From contig PQAF01000037.1 in assembly GCA_003105015.1 (NCBI GenBank), positions 4,583-68,582 on the forward strand: a stretch of DNA of 64,000 bases, in the 5' to 3' direction. This stretch comes from Rhodocyclales bacterium (GTDB taxonomy: Bacteria > Pseudomonadota > Gammaproteobacteria > Burkholderiales > Rhodocyclaceae). Positions 20,597 to 28,824 of this stretch are shown here, one piece after another. A model generated the notes under the pieces. That model searched no databases. It was not told the origin of the DNA and saw only the letters and a list, made by a program, of their open reading frames with translations. The number at the start of each line of letters is the position of its first letter. Within the stretch, counting starts at the first letter, position 1. The position numbers and the translations under genes were made by a program.

Positions 20597-21421
20597 ATGA
20601 TGGATCTCAGCCAGGTTCTGCAAATAGTCAGCCGCTCGGATGCCGGCATGGTGCGCTCGCACAATGAGGACGCCGTTTTTGCGAATGCCGCCTGCGGCTT
20701 GGCCATCCTGGCCGACGGGATGGGGGGGTATAACGCTGGCGAGGTCGCAAGCGGCATGGCGACAACCCTGCTGGGCAGCGAAATCGAGAAGGCCTTCGCG
20801 AAAACGGAACCCCACCAGCTCGACGCCGCCGGCAAGCTGCATGCCCACAGCGTCCTTGAGGCAGAAATCGCCCGTGCCAACACGGCGATCTACCAGGCGG
20901 CGCAGAGCCAGCCCCAGTATGCCGGCATGGGCACGACCCTGGTGGTCGCCCTGTTCTACGACAACATGATGACGGTCGCGCATATCGGCGATTCCCGGCT
21001 CTATCGCCTGCGCGGGGGCGAATTCCAGGCGATCACGCGCGATCATTCCCTGTTGCAGGAGCAGATAGACAGCGGCATGATTACGCCGGAAGAGGCGCGC
21101 CATTCGCAGAACAAGAACCTGGTTACCCGGGCGTTGGGTGTGGACCCGACGGTCGAGCCGGAGATCCGCGATTACGATACGATGCCGGGAGACCTTTACC
21201 TGTTGTGCTCCGACGGGCTCAATGACATGGTCGAGGACGAGGAGATCGCCCTCACCCTGCAGGCCCTGTCCGCCAACCTCGAACTGGCGGCGACGCAGCT
21301 GATTCAGACGGCGAACGATAGCGGGGGGCGGGACAATGTTTCGGTAGTGCTGGTGCGCATTGTGCGCGAATATCCGGCGGCGCGCGGCTGGTGGGCGCGA
21401 CTGCTGCAATGGTTCAAGTGA
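20597..21421 (+). CDS. PP2C-type Ser/Thr phosphatase (Stp1/IreP family)
   Basis: SDAGMVRSHNED, ADGMGG, HIGDSR, CSDGL, GGRDN; C-terminal amphipathic WWARLLQWFK. Confidence 0.95.
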   Translation: MMDLSQVLQIVSRSDAGMVRSHNEDAVFANAACGLAILADGMGGYNAGEVASGMATTLLGSEIEKAFAKTEPHQLDAAGKLHAHSVLEAEIARANTAIYQAAQSQPQYAGMGTTLVVALFYDNMMTVAHIGDSRLYRLRGGEFQAITRDHSLLQEQIDSGMITPEEARHSQNKNLVTRALGVDPTVEPEIRDYDTMPGDLYLLCSDGLNDMVEDEEIALTLQALSANLELAATQLIQTANDSGGRDNVSVVLVRIVREYPAARGWWARLLQWFK

Positions 21422-21441
21422 ATTGACGAGAAGGACGCAAC

Positions 21442-22200
21442 ATGGCTGCTAAGTTGATCCTAAGCATGGATGGCCTGGTGCTCAAGGAAATTCCGCTCAC
21501 CAAAGAGCGGACGACGATCGGGCGCAAGCCGCACAACGATATCCAGATCGACAATCTGGCCATCAGCGGTGAACATTCGGTGATCGTCACGATCCTCAAC
21601 GATTCGTTTCTCGAGGACTTGAACAGCACCAATGGCACTTACGTGAATGGCCAGCCCATCAAGAAGCATTTTCTGCAGAACAACGACGTCGTCGAATTGG
21701 GCAAATACAAGCTCAAGTACATCAATGAGACTCCGACGCAGACGACGGCTGCGGATTTCGAGAAGACGATGGTGCTGCGGCCCGACCTGATGAAGAAGAC
21801 GGCGGAGCAGACGGCTGCCAAGTCATCCTCGATGAGCGATACGCAGGTCGGCATGAAGGCTATAGATACCCATGCCGGCATGGCGCCGCCTGCCCAAGCG
21901 ACTCCCCCGGCAACGGCGCCCGCTCCGCAGGCGATGCCGACAGGGGCCATCCAGATCCTGACGGGCGCGAATGCCGGGAAGGAACTGGAGTTGACCAAGA
22001 ATCTCACCACCCTGGGTAAACCGGGCGTGCAGGTGGCTGTCATCACCCGCCGGCCGCACGGCTACTTCATCACCCATGTCGAAGGGGCCAACTTCCCGGT
22101 CGTCAATGGCACTGCTCTGGATGCCCATCCGCGCGAGTTGAAGGATCATGACGTCATTGAGCTGGCCGGCATCAAGATGGAGTTCTTCCTCAAAAGCTGA
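21442..22200 (+). CDS. FHA-domain protein (N-terminal canonical FHA, Pro/Ala-rich linker, C-terminal FHA-like domain)
   Basis: IGRKPHNDIQI...ISGEH...DLNSTNGTYVNG; second repeat TTLGKPG...FPVVNG...LKDHDVIELAG. Confidence 0.9.
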   Translation: MAAKLILSMDGLVLKEIPLTKERTTIGRKPHNDIQIDNLAISGEHSVIVTILNDSFLEDLNSTNGTYVNGQPIKKHFLQNNDVVELGKYKLKYINETPTQTTAADFEKTMVLRPDLMKKTAEQTAAKSSSMSDTQVGMKAIDTHAGMAPPAQATPPATAPAPQAMPTGAIQILTGANAGKELELTKNLTTLGKPGVQVAVITRRPHGYFITHVEGANFPVVNGTALDAHPRELKDHDVIELAGIKMEFFLKS

Positions 22201-22313
22201 GCCCGTCGGCACAATCTTGGATGCAGTATCCAGGCTGCATGCAGTTTTGAAACCGCCACCATGAGTTGGGCGTCAGGCTTGCTTAATGCGGGGCAGTTCG
22301 GAAGGGGGCGGTT

Positions 22314-24545
22314 TTGAAGCAGTACATCGTCAGGTACGCACTGGGGTTCGTGGTATTGCTGGTTCTGCTAGGCCACGCGGCGCGTTTCTACGAGCTCGGC
22401 TTCATCAACCGGCTCGACGCCATCATCTACGACACCAAGGTTCGCCTTACCATGCCGAAGGGCATGGATGATCGTGTCGTCATTCTCGATATCGATGAGA
22501 AATCCCTCGGAGAGATCGGTCGATGGCCCTGGGGGCGGGATCGGGTTTCGCAACTCGTCAAGAAACTGTTCGATCAACACGGGGTCACCATTCTCGGCTT
22601 TGACGTCGTCTTCGCCGAGCCGGATGACAGCTCCGGATTGAAGGTGCTTGAAGGGCTGTCCAAGGGGGATCTCAAGGACAGCGCGCACTTCCAGGCAGCG
22701 CTCAAGGAACTGCGACCACAGCTGGATCATGACGGGCGTTTTGCGGAAACTCTCAGGGGACGGCCTGTGATTCTCGGCTATTACCTTTCGGGACGAAGCG
22801 ACGGCGTGTCCAGCGGCGCATTGCCTCCGCCTGTACTGCCCGAAGGCAGCTTCACGGGGCGCAGCATTCCTTTCACCGTCTGGACCAATTACGGCGGCAA
22901 TCTGGCCGAGTTCCAGAAAGCGGCCCTTTCCGGAGGGCACTTCAATCCCCTGGTCGACTTCGATGGCATCTCGCGTCGAGTTCCCCTCCTGGCCGAATTC
23001 AAGGGCGAATACTATGAAGCGCTGTCGCTGGCCATGGTGCGGGCTCTGATCGGCCAGCCGAAGGTGGTGCCCTGGTTTCCTGAAGACCGCTGGTTTTCCA
23101 GCAAGAGCTACCAGGGCATGGAAGCCATCGACCTGCCGACCGCGCGCGGCACGCTGCGCGTCCCGGTGGACGAAAATGTTGCCGCCCTGATCCCCTACCG
23201 CGGCTACCAGGGCAGCTATCGATACTATTCGATTGCCGACATCATGGCGGACCGGATCAAGCCGGGCGAACTCAAAGGCAAGATTGCTCTGATCGGCACG
23301 ACTGCGCCGGGCCTGCTCGACCTGCGCGCGACTCCCGTAGGGGAGGCTTATCCCGGGGTGGAAATTCATGCCAATCTGATCACAGGCATGCTGGACGGAG
23401 CGATCAAGCACAAGCCGTCCTATGTGCTGGGGGCCGAAGTGGTTCTGCTTCTGCTGGCCGGCCTCGTGATGGTGTTGCTGCTGCCGCTGCTATCGCCGCT
23501 ACGGGCAACCCTCGCATCCATCGTGCTGTTGCTGTTCATCCTGACGGTGAACCTCGTCTTCTGGGAGTACGGCAACCTGGTGCTGCCGCTCGCTGCCGCC
23601 GTGCTGCTGGTACTGACTTTGTACGCGCTCAACATGTCGTACGGCTATTTCGTCGAGTCGCGGACGAAGCGGCAGTTCACCGAGCTGTTCGGGCAGTACG
23701 TGCCGCCGGAACTGGTGGAGGAAATGAGCCGCAACCCCGAGTCCTATAGCATGGAAGGCCGCAAGGCCGAGCTGACCGTGCTGTTCTCGGACATACGTGG
23801 CTTTACAACGATATCCGAGGGGCTTGGGCCGGACGAACTGACCCACCTGATGAACGAGTACCTGTCGGCCATGACCGAAGTGGTGCGCAGGAACCGGGGG
23901 ACCCTGGACAAATATATCGGGGACGCCATCATGGCCTTCTGGGGCGCTCCGGTGAGCGATGCACAGCATGCCCGCCATGCCGTCGTCACGGCGATGCAAA
24001 TGCAGGCCGCCCTGCCCGCCGTCAACAAGACGTTTGCTGCAAAGGGTTGGCCCGAAATCAAGATTGGCGTCGGCGTCAACACGGGAGACATGACCGTGGG
24101 CGACATGGGGTCGGCCGTGCGCAAGGCTTATACTGTCATGGGCGATGCGGTAAACCTCGGTTCGCGGCTTGAGGGCATTACCAAGCAGTACGGGGTCGGC
24201 ATCCTGGTGGGCGAGACTGCGCGCAAGGCCATCAAGGATATCGTCTTCCGGGAAGTGGACCGGGTCCAGGTGAAAGGCAAGGAAGAGCCTGTTGCCATCT
24301 ATGAGCCGATCGGCCTCGAAGGCGAGGTAGACAAGGCAACACAGGAAGAGCTCAAGCTGTGGAACCAGGCCTTGCGCCACTACCGCGCCCAGGAATGGGA
24401 TCAGGCGGAGGTGGCGCTCTTGAACTTGTCGCGACTGGCGCCCGGACGGGCGCTGTACGGCAAGTATATGGAACGGATTGCCCACCTGCGCAGGGAACCG
24501 CCCGAGCCGGGATGGAAAGGCGTGTGGAAGTTCGAGACCAAGTAA
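22314..24545 (+). CDS. CHASE2-domain class III adenylate cyclase
   Basis: CHASE2 (ILDIDEKSLGEIGRWPW), three TMs, cyclase motifs LFSDIRGFT, LDKYIGDAIMAFW, YTVMGDAVNLGSRLE (Lys/Thr specificity pair typical of ATP-using class IIIb enzymes). Confidence 0.92.
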   Translation: MKQYIVRYALGFVVLLVLLGHAARFYELGFINRLDAIIYDTKVRLTMPKGMDDRVVILDIDEKSLGEIGRWPWGRDRVSQLVKKLFDQHGVTILGFDVVFAEPDDSSGLKVLEGLSKGDLKDSAHFQAALKELRPQLDHDGRFAETLRGRPVILGYYLSGRSDGVSSGALPPPVLPEGSFTGRSIPFTVWTNYGGNLAEFQKAALSGGHFNPLVDFDGISRRVPLLAEFKGEYYEALSLAMVRALIGQPKVVPWFPEDRWFSSKSYQGMEAIDLPTARGTLRVPVDENVAALIPYRGYQGSYRYYSIADIMADRIKPGELKGKIALIGTTAPGLLDLRATPVGEAYPGVEIHANLITGMLDGAIKHKPSYVLGAEVVLLLLAGLVMVLLLPLLSPLRATLASIVLLLFILTVNLVFWEYGNLVLPLAAAVLLVLTLYALNMSYGYFVESRTKRQFTELFGQYVPPELVEEMSRNPESYSMEGRKAELTVLFSDIRGFTTISEGLGPDELTHLMNEYLSAMTEVVRRNRGTLDKYIGDAIMAFWGAPVSDAQHARHAVVTAMQMQAALPAVNKTFAAKGWPEIKIGVGVNTGDMTVGDMGSAVRKAYTVMGDAVNLGSRLEGITKQYGVGILVGETARKAIKDIVFREVDRVQVKGKEEPVAIYEPIGLEGEVDKATQEELKLWNQALRHYRAQEWDQAEVALLNLSRLAPGRALYGKYMERIAHLRREPPEPGWKGVWKFETK

Positions 24546-24561
24546 CATAAGAGATAAAGAA

Positions 24562-25329
24562 ATGAAGGTCAGAGTTCTCGGCTGCAGCGGCGGGATTGGC
24601 GGACGTCATCTGCGCACGACCTCGCTGCTGGTCGACCACGACATCCTGATTGACGCAGGAACCGGTGTGGGGGATCTGTCGCTGGCCGAACTGGCCTTGA
24701 TCGACCATGTCTTCCTCACCCATTCGCATCTCGACCATGTTGCCTGTCTGCCGTTCATGGTCGACACCGTGGGCGACATGCGCAACAAGCCGCTGACGGT
24801 ACATGCCACCCAGGCCACGCTGGAAATCATCCAGGCGCACATCTTCAACTGGGCCATCTGGCCCGACTTCTCGGAGATTCCCAACCGCGAAAAGCCGTTC
24901 ATGCGCTACGCTGAGTTGAAGACCGGCAAGACGGTGAAGGTGGACGGGCGCGAGATTACCCCGCTTCCGGCCAATCACACCGTACCCGCCGTGGGTTATC
25001 GCATCGATTCCGGCGAGGGCAGTCTGGTGTTCAGCGGCGATACGACGGTGTGCGATGAGTTGTGGAAAGTCGTGAACAAGATCCGCAACCTGCGCTACCT
25101 CATCATCGAAACCGCCTTTTCCAATCGCGAGCGGCAGCTTGCCGTCGCCTCGAAGCATCTATGCCCCGATATGCTGCGTGAGGAGCTGCTCAAGCTGCAG
25201 CGCGAGGCGGATATCTACATCACTCACCTCAAGCCCGGGCAGATCGAGCTGACCATGCAGGAAATCGAAGAGTTCATAGGGGAATACAGGCCGCGCATGT
25301 TGCAGAACAACCAGGTGTTTGAGCTGTAA
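24562..25329 (+). CDS. 3',5'-cyclic-nucleotide phosphodiesterase, metallo-beta-lactamase fold
   Basis: LGCSGGIG, IDAGTG, LTHSHLDHV (HxHxDH), NHTVP, FSGDT; sits directly after the cyclase. Confidence 0.85.
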   Translation: MKVRVLGCSGGIGGRHLRTTSLLVDHDILIDAGTGVGDLSLAELALIDHVFLTHSHLDHVACLPFMVDTVGDMRNKPLTVHATQATLEIIQAHIFNWAIWPDFSEIPNREKPFMRYAELKTGKTVKVDGREITPLPANHTVPAVGYRIDSGEGSLVFSGDTTVCDELWKVVNKIRNLRYLIIETAFSNRERQLAVASKHLCPDMLREELLKLQREADIYITHLKPGQIELTMQEIEEFIGEYRPRMLQNNQVFEL

Positions 25330-25339
25330 GGGTTCGCGA

Positions 25340-26407
25340 ATGGGCATGCAATCCATTTCCACGGAAATATTGAGGCGGCTCGAGCCGCTGGGGGCTCTGT
25401 CGCCGGACAGCCTTCGCGAGATATCCCGCATGTGCTATGCAGAAAAAATCAGCCGGAATCTCGACCCGTTTCGGCTGCAGGGCATGCAGGGCCAGGCTGT
25501 CTATCTCGTCAAGGGCGAATTGAAGATTGATTACCCGGATTCCAGCTCCGAAATCCTGGTCGGCGGGACAGAGGCCGCCGTTCGCCCGCTGGACAAACGG
25601 AAACCCGCATTTACGGGGGCCAAGGCGATTACGGACGTCGAGTTGATCCGAATCGACGAGGAACTGCTCGATATCATGCTGACATGGGACCAGCTGGCCG
25701 CGCCGCAGGCCACAGCCGGCGCGAAGAAAACCCCGGATGCGGCGGATCGTACGGATTGGCGCACGATGTCCGGCATGTTTGCGGCAGAGAACCTGACGCA
25801 CGGCATATTTGCCAGCCTGCCGCCGGCCAACATCGAGGCGCTGTTCGCACGCTTCCACCGCATCAAGGTGGCGCGCAACGAAGTGGTCATCAGAGAAGGG
25901 GAGGATGGGGACTTCTATTACGTCATTGAAAGCGGGCGTTGCACGGTGTTCCGCCAGATCGGGGGCGCCAGCGTCGGACTGGCCGAGTTGAAGGCCGGCG
26001 ATGCTTTCGGAGAGGAAGCGTTGGTGGCAAACACCAAGCGAAACGCGACGGTTGCAATGAAAACCGATGGTGTCCTGTTGAGGCTGGCGAAGGCGGATTT
26101 CATCGAGTTGCTGAAAGAACCCCTGATGCATCGCATTTCGCGTCCGGAAGCGGACAAGAAAGCGGCTGCCGGAGCCGTCTGGCTGGACGTCCGCTTTGCT
26201 GCCGAATACAACACCGACAAGCTGCCGGGGGCGATCAACATTCCGCTCAACGAGATACGCAACCTGTTCGGCTCCCTCGATCGCCAGAAGGAGTATATTG
26301 CCTACTGTCAGAGTGGGCGGCGCAGTTCGGCGGCGGCATTTCTGCTCTCCCAGCGTGGCTATAAGACTTATCTGCTCGAAGGCGGGCTTCGCGGCAGTGC
26401 GACATAA
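25340..26407 (+). CDS. Tandem cNMP-binding domains fused to a C-terminal rhodanese domain
   Basis: Degenerate first cNMP domain; second has REGEDGDFYYVIESG...FGEEALVANTKRNATV; rhodanese LDVR...LPGAINIP...YCQSGRRS...LEGG. Confidence 0.85.
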   Translation: MGMQSISTEILRRLEPLGALSPDSLREISRMCYAEKISRNLDPFRLQGMQGQAVYLVKGELKIDYPDSSSEILVGGTEAAVRPLDKRKPAFTGAKAITDVELIRIDEELLDIMLTWDQLAAPQATAGAKKTPDAADRTDWRTMSGMFAAENLTHGIFASLPPANIEALFARFHRIKVARNEVVIREGEDGDFYYVIESGRCTVFRQIGGASVGLAELKAGDAFGEEALVANTKRNATVAMKTDGVLLRLAKADFIELLKEPLMHRISRPEADKKAAAGAVWLDVRFAAEYNTDKLPGAINIPLNEIRNLFGSLDRQKEYIAYCQSGRRSSAAAFLLSQRGYKTYLLEGGLRGSAT

Positions 26408-26443
26408 GGCACGCATCCCAATGGCTCAGAAGGGAAATCTGGT

Positions 26444-28819
26444 ATGAGTGCGGTGCTTGGTTCGACTCAGGATGCTGGCAGCGGAGGCGATGTCGCCAGC
26501 CGTCTGTCTTTCTTCAAGAACCTCCAGACAGTCACCAACAAGATCCATGCGACGGCCAATATCGACGAGATCATGCTCGAGTTGTCGCAGGACATCTGTA
26601 CGCTGTTCAACGCGGATCGGCTGACCATCTACTCGATCAGCGAGGACAAGTCCTCCATCGTCTCCAAGGTCAAGACCGGCCTCAATTCCTTCAAGGACCT
26701 GCGGCTGCCGATTGCCGACCAGAGCATCGCAGGGTTTGTCGCGCTATCGAAGAAGCTGGCAAATATCAGCGACGTCTACGACGAGGCGGAACTGAAATCG
26801 CACACGCCCAGCCTGCGCTTCCTGCAGGAGGTGGATAAGCGTACGGGCTACCGCACCAAGCAGATGCTGGTGGCCCCGATCACCGAGGCGCAAAGCGGCG
26901 AGTTGCTTGGGGTGGTCCAGCTCATCAACAACAAGGCCGGGGCGCCCTTCTCCCAAGTGGCGGAGGAGGGGGTAAAAGGACTGTGCGAAACACTGGCCAT
27001 TGCATTCACCCAGCGTCAGAAGCCGGCGCATGTCGTCAAATCGAAATATGACCATCTGGTCGCCGATGCCGTGCTGTCGGCAGCCGAATTTGATCTTGCG
27101 ACGCGTTCCGCGCGGCGCAAGGGCCTCGACATCGAAGAGGTGCTGCAGCACGAATTCCAGGTCAAGCCGGCGGCGATCGGTTCGGCCCTGTCGAAGTTCT
27201 TCGGCGTGCCTTACGAGCCGTACAAGGGCGACCGCATCAAGCCGATGGACCTGTTGAGAAACCTCAAACGGGAATACGTCGAAGAGAATCAGTGGCTGCC
27301 GATCGAGGAAACGAAGGAAGGCGTCGTGATCCTGACGATGGATCCCGAGCAGGTGAAGAGCTCGCGCATCGTCAACAACGTCTTTCCGAAGAGCAAGCTG
27401 GTCTTTCGCGTCACCACCATCCCGGAATTCAAGCAGACGATCGACCAGTTCTATGGCGCGGCCGCCGATTACGGCTCCGTCGGCGATCTTCTTTCCGGCA
27501 TGGACGAAGGGGAGGAGGGCGGCGGCGAGCTGACCGGCGAGGATATCTCGGCGGCGGCGGACAACGAACTCGTCAAGCTCGTCAACAAGATCATCATCGA
27601 TGCCTATAGCCAGGGTGCATCGGATATTCACATCGAGCCGCGGCCTGGCAAGGACAAGACCATCATCCGCTTCCGCAAGGACGGCTCGCTGGCGAACTAT
27701 ATCGAGATTCCGGCAAGCTACCGCAATGCCCTCGCAGCGCGCATCAAGATCATGTGCGATCTGGACATATCCGAGCGTCGCAAGCCGCAGGACGGCAAGA
27801 TCAAGTTCAAGAAATTCGGTCCGCTCGATATCGAACTGCGCGTGGCGACGATTCCATCGGCCGGCGGCGTCGAGGATGTGGTCATGCGCATCCTCGCCGC
27901 CGGGGAACCGATTCCGCTCGAGAAGCTCGGCATCCTGCCGCACAACCTGGAGCGGTTGAAGAACGTGGTCGAGAAGCCTTATGGACTGTTCTTCGTTTGC
28001 GGTCCGACCGGTTCGGGAAAGACAACCACGCTGCACTCCGTTCTGAAGCACCTGAATACGCCTGACACGAAGATCTGGACGGCAGAGGACCCGGTCGAGA
28101 TCACGCAGAAAGGCCTGCGGCAGGTCCAGATCAACCGCAAGGCCGGACTGGATTTCGCCACCATCATGCGCGCCTTCCTGCGTGCCGATCCGGACATCAT
28201 CATGGTCGGCGAGATGCGCGACAAGGAGACCGTCTCCATCGGCATCGAGGCGTCGCTGACCGGCCACCTGGTATTCGCCACGCTGCACACCAACAGTGCG
28301 CCCGAATCGATCACCCGCCTGCTCGACATGGGCATGGATCCCTTCAATTTTGCCGACGCTCTGCTCGGCATCCTGGCGCAGCGCCTGGGCAAGCGCTTGT
28401 GCGGCGAATGCAAGGAAGCCTACACCGCGTCGGGGGAGGAGATGAAGAGCCTGCTCACCGAGTACTGCGAGGAACTGCTCAACACCAGCACCTTCAAGAA
28501 GGATGCCAAGGCAGGCTACGAGACGGTGTACAAGGAGTGGGCGAAGAATTACGCCGACGACAAGGGGCAGTTCAAGCTCTACAAACCGAAGGGCTGCGAG
28601 AAATGCAACAACACGGGCTACAAGGGGCGTGTCGGTTTGCATGAATTGATGGTGGGAACGGATAACGCCAAGAAGCTGATCCAGGAGCATGCCCGGGTTG
28701 CAGAACTGGTCGCCTGCGCCCTGGAGGACGGCATGCGCACCCTGAAGCAGGATGGTATCGAGAAGGTGCTGCAGGGCATCACCGACATGAAGCAGGTTCG
28801 GGCGGTTTGCATCAAGTAA
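26444..28819 (+). CDS. GAF-fused PilB/GspE-family secretion ATPase
   Basis: N-terminal GAF (DKRTGYRTKQMLVAPI...GVVQLINNK), T2SSE_N-like region, ASDIHIEP, Walker A GPTGSGKT, TAEDPVE, DPDIIMVGEMRD, LHTN, and CxxC...CxxC (CGEC, CEKC). Confidence 0.92.
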   Translation: MSAVLGSTQDAGSGGDVASRLSFFKNLQTVTNKIHATANIDEIMLELSQDICTLFNADRLTIYSISEDKSSIVSKVKTGLNSFKDLRLPIADQSIAGFVALSKKLANISDVYDEAELKSHTPSLRFLQEVDKRTGYRTKQMLVAPITEAQSGELLGVVQLINNKAGAPFSQVAEEGVKGLCETLAIAFTQRQKPAHVVKSKYDHLVADAVLSAAEFDLATRSARRKGLDIEEVLQHEFQVKPAAIGSALSKFFGVPYEPYKGDRIKPMDLLRNLKREYVEENQWLPIEETKEGVVILTMDPEQVKSSRIVNNVFPKSKLVFRVTTIPEFKQTIDQFYGAAADYGSVGDLLSGMDEGEEGGGELTGEDISAAADNELVKLVNKIIIDAYSQGASDIHIEPRPGKDKTIIRFRKDGSLANYIEIPASYRNALAARIKIMCDLDISERRKPQDGKIKFKKFGPLDIELRVATIPSAGGVEDVVMRILAAGEPIPLEKLGILPHNLERLKNVVEKPYGLFFVCGPTGSGKTTTLHSVLKHLNTPDTKIWTAEDPVEITQKGLRQVQINRKAGLDFATIMRAFLRADPDIIMVGEMRDKETVSIGIEASLTGHLVFATLHTNSAPESITRLLDMGMDPFNFADALLGILAQRLGKRLCGECKEAYTASGEEMKSLLTEYCEELLNTSTFKKDAKAGYETVYKEWAKNYADDKGQFKLYKPKGCEKCNNTGYKGRVGLHELMVGTDNAKKLIQEHARVAELVACALEDGMRTLKQDGIEKVLQGITDMKQVRAVCIK

Positions 28820-28824
28820 GCGTC

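Noticed and set aside
17931-22200. Type VI secretion regulatory module
   Set aside because: No tss, hcp, vgrG or clpV genes in the window; the kinase has CHASE2 input unlike PpkA.
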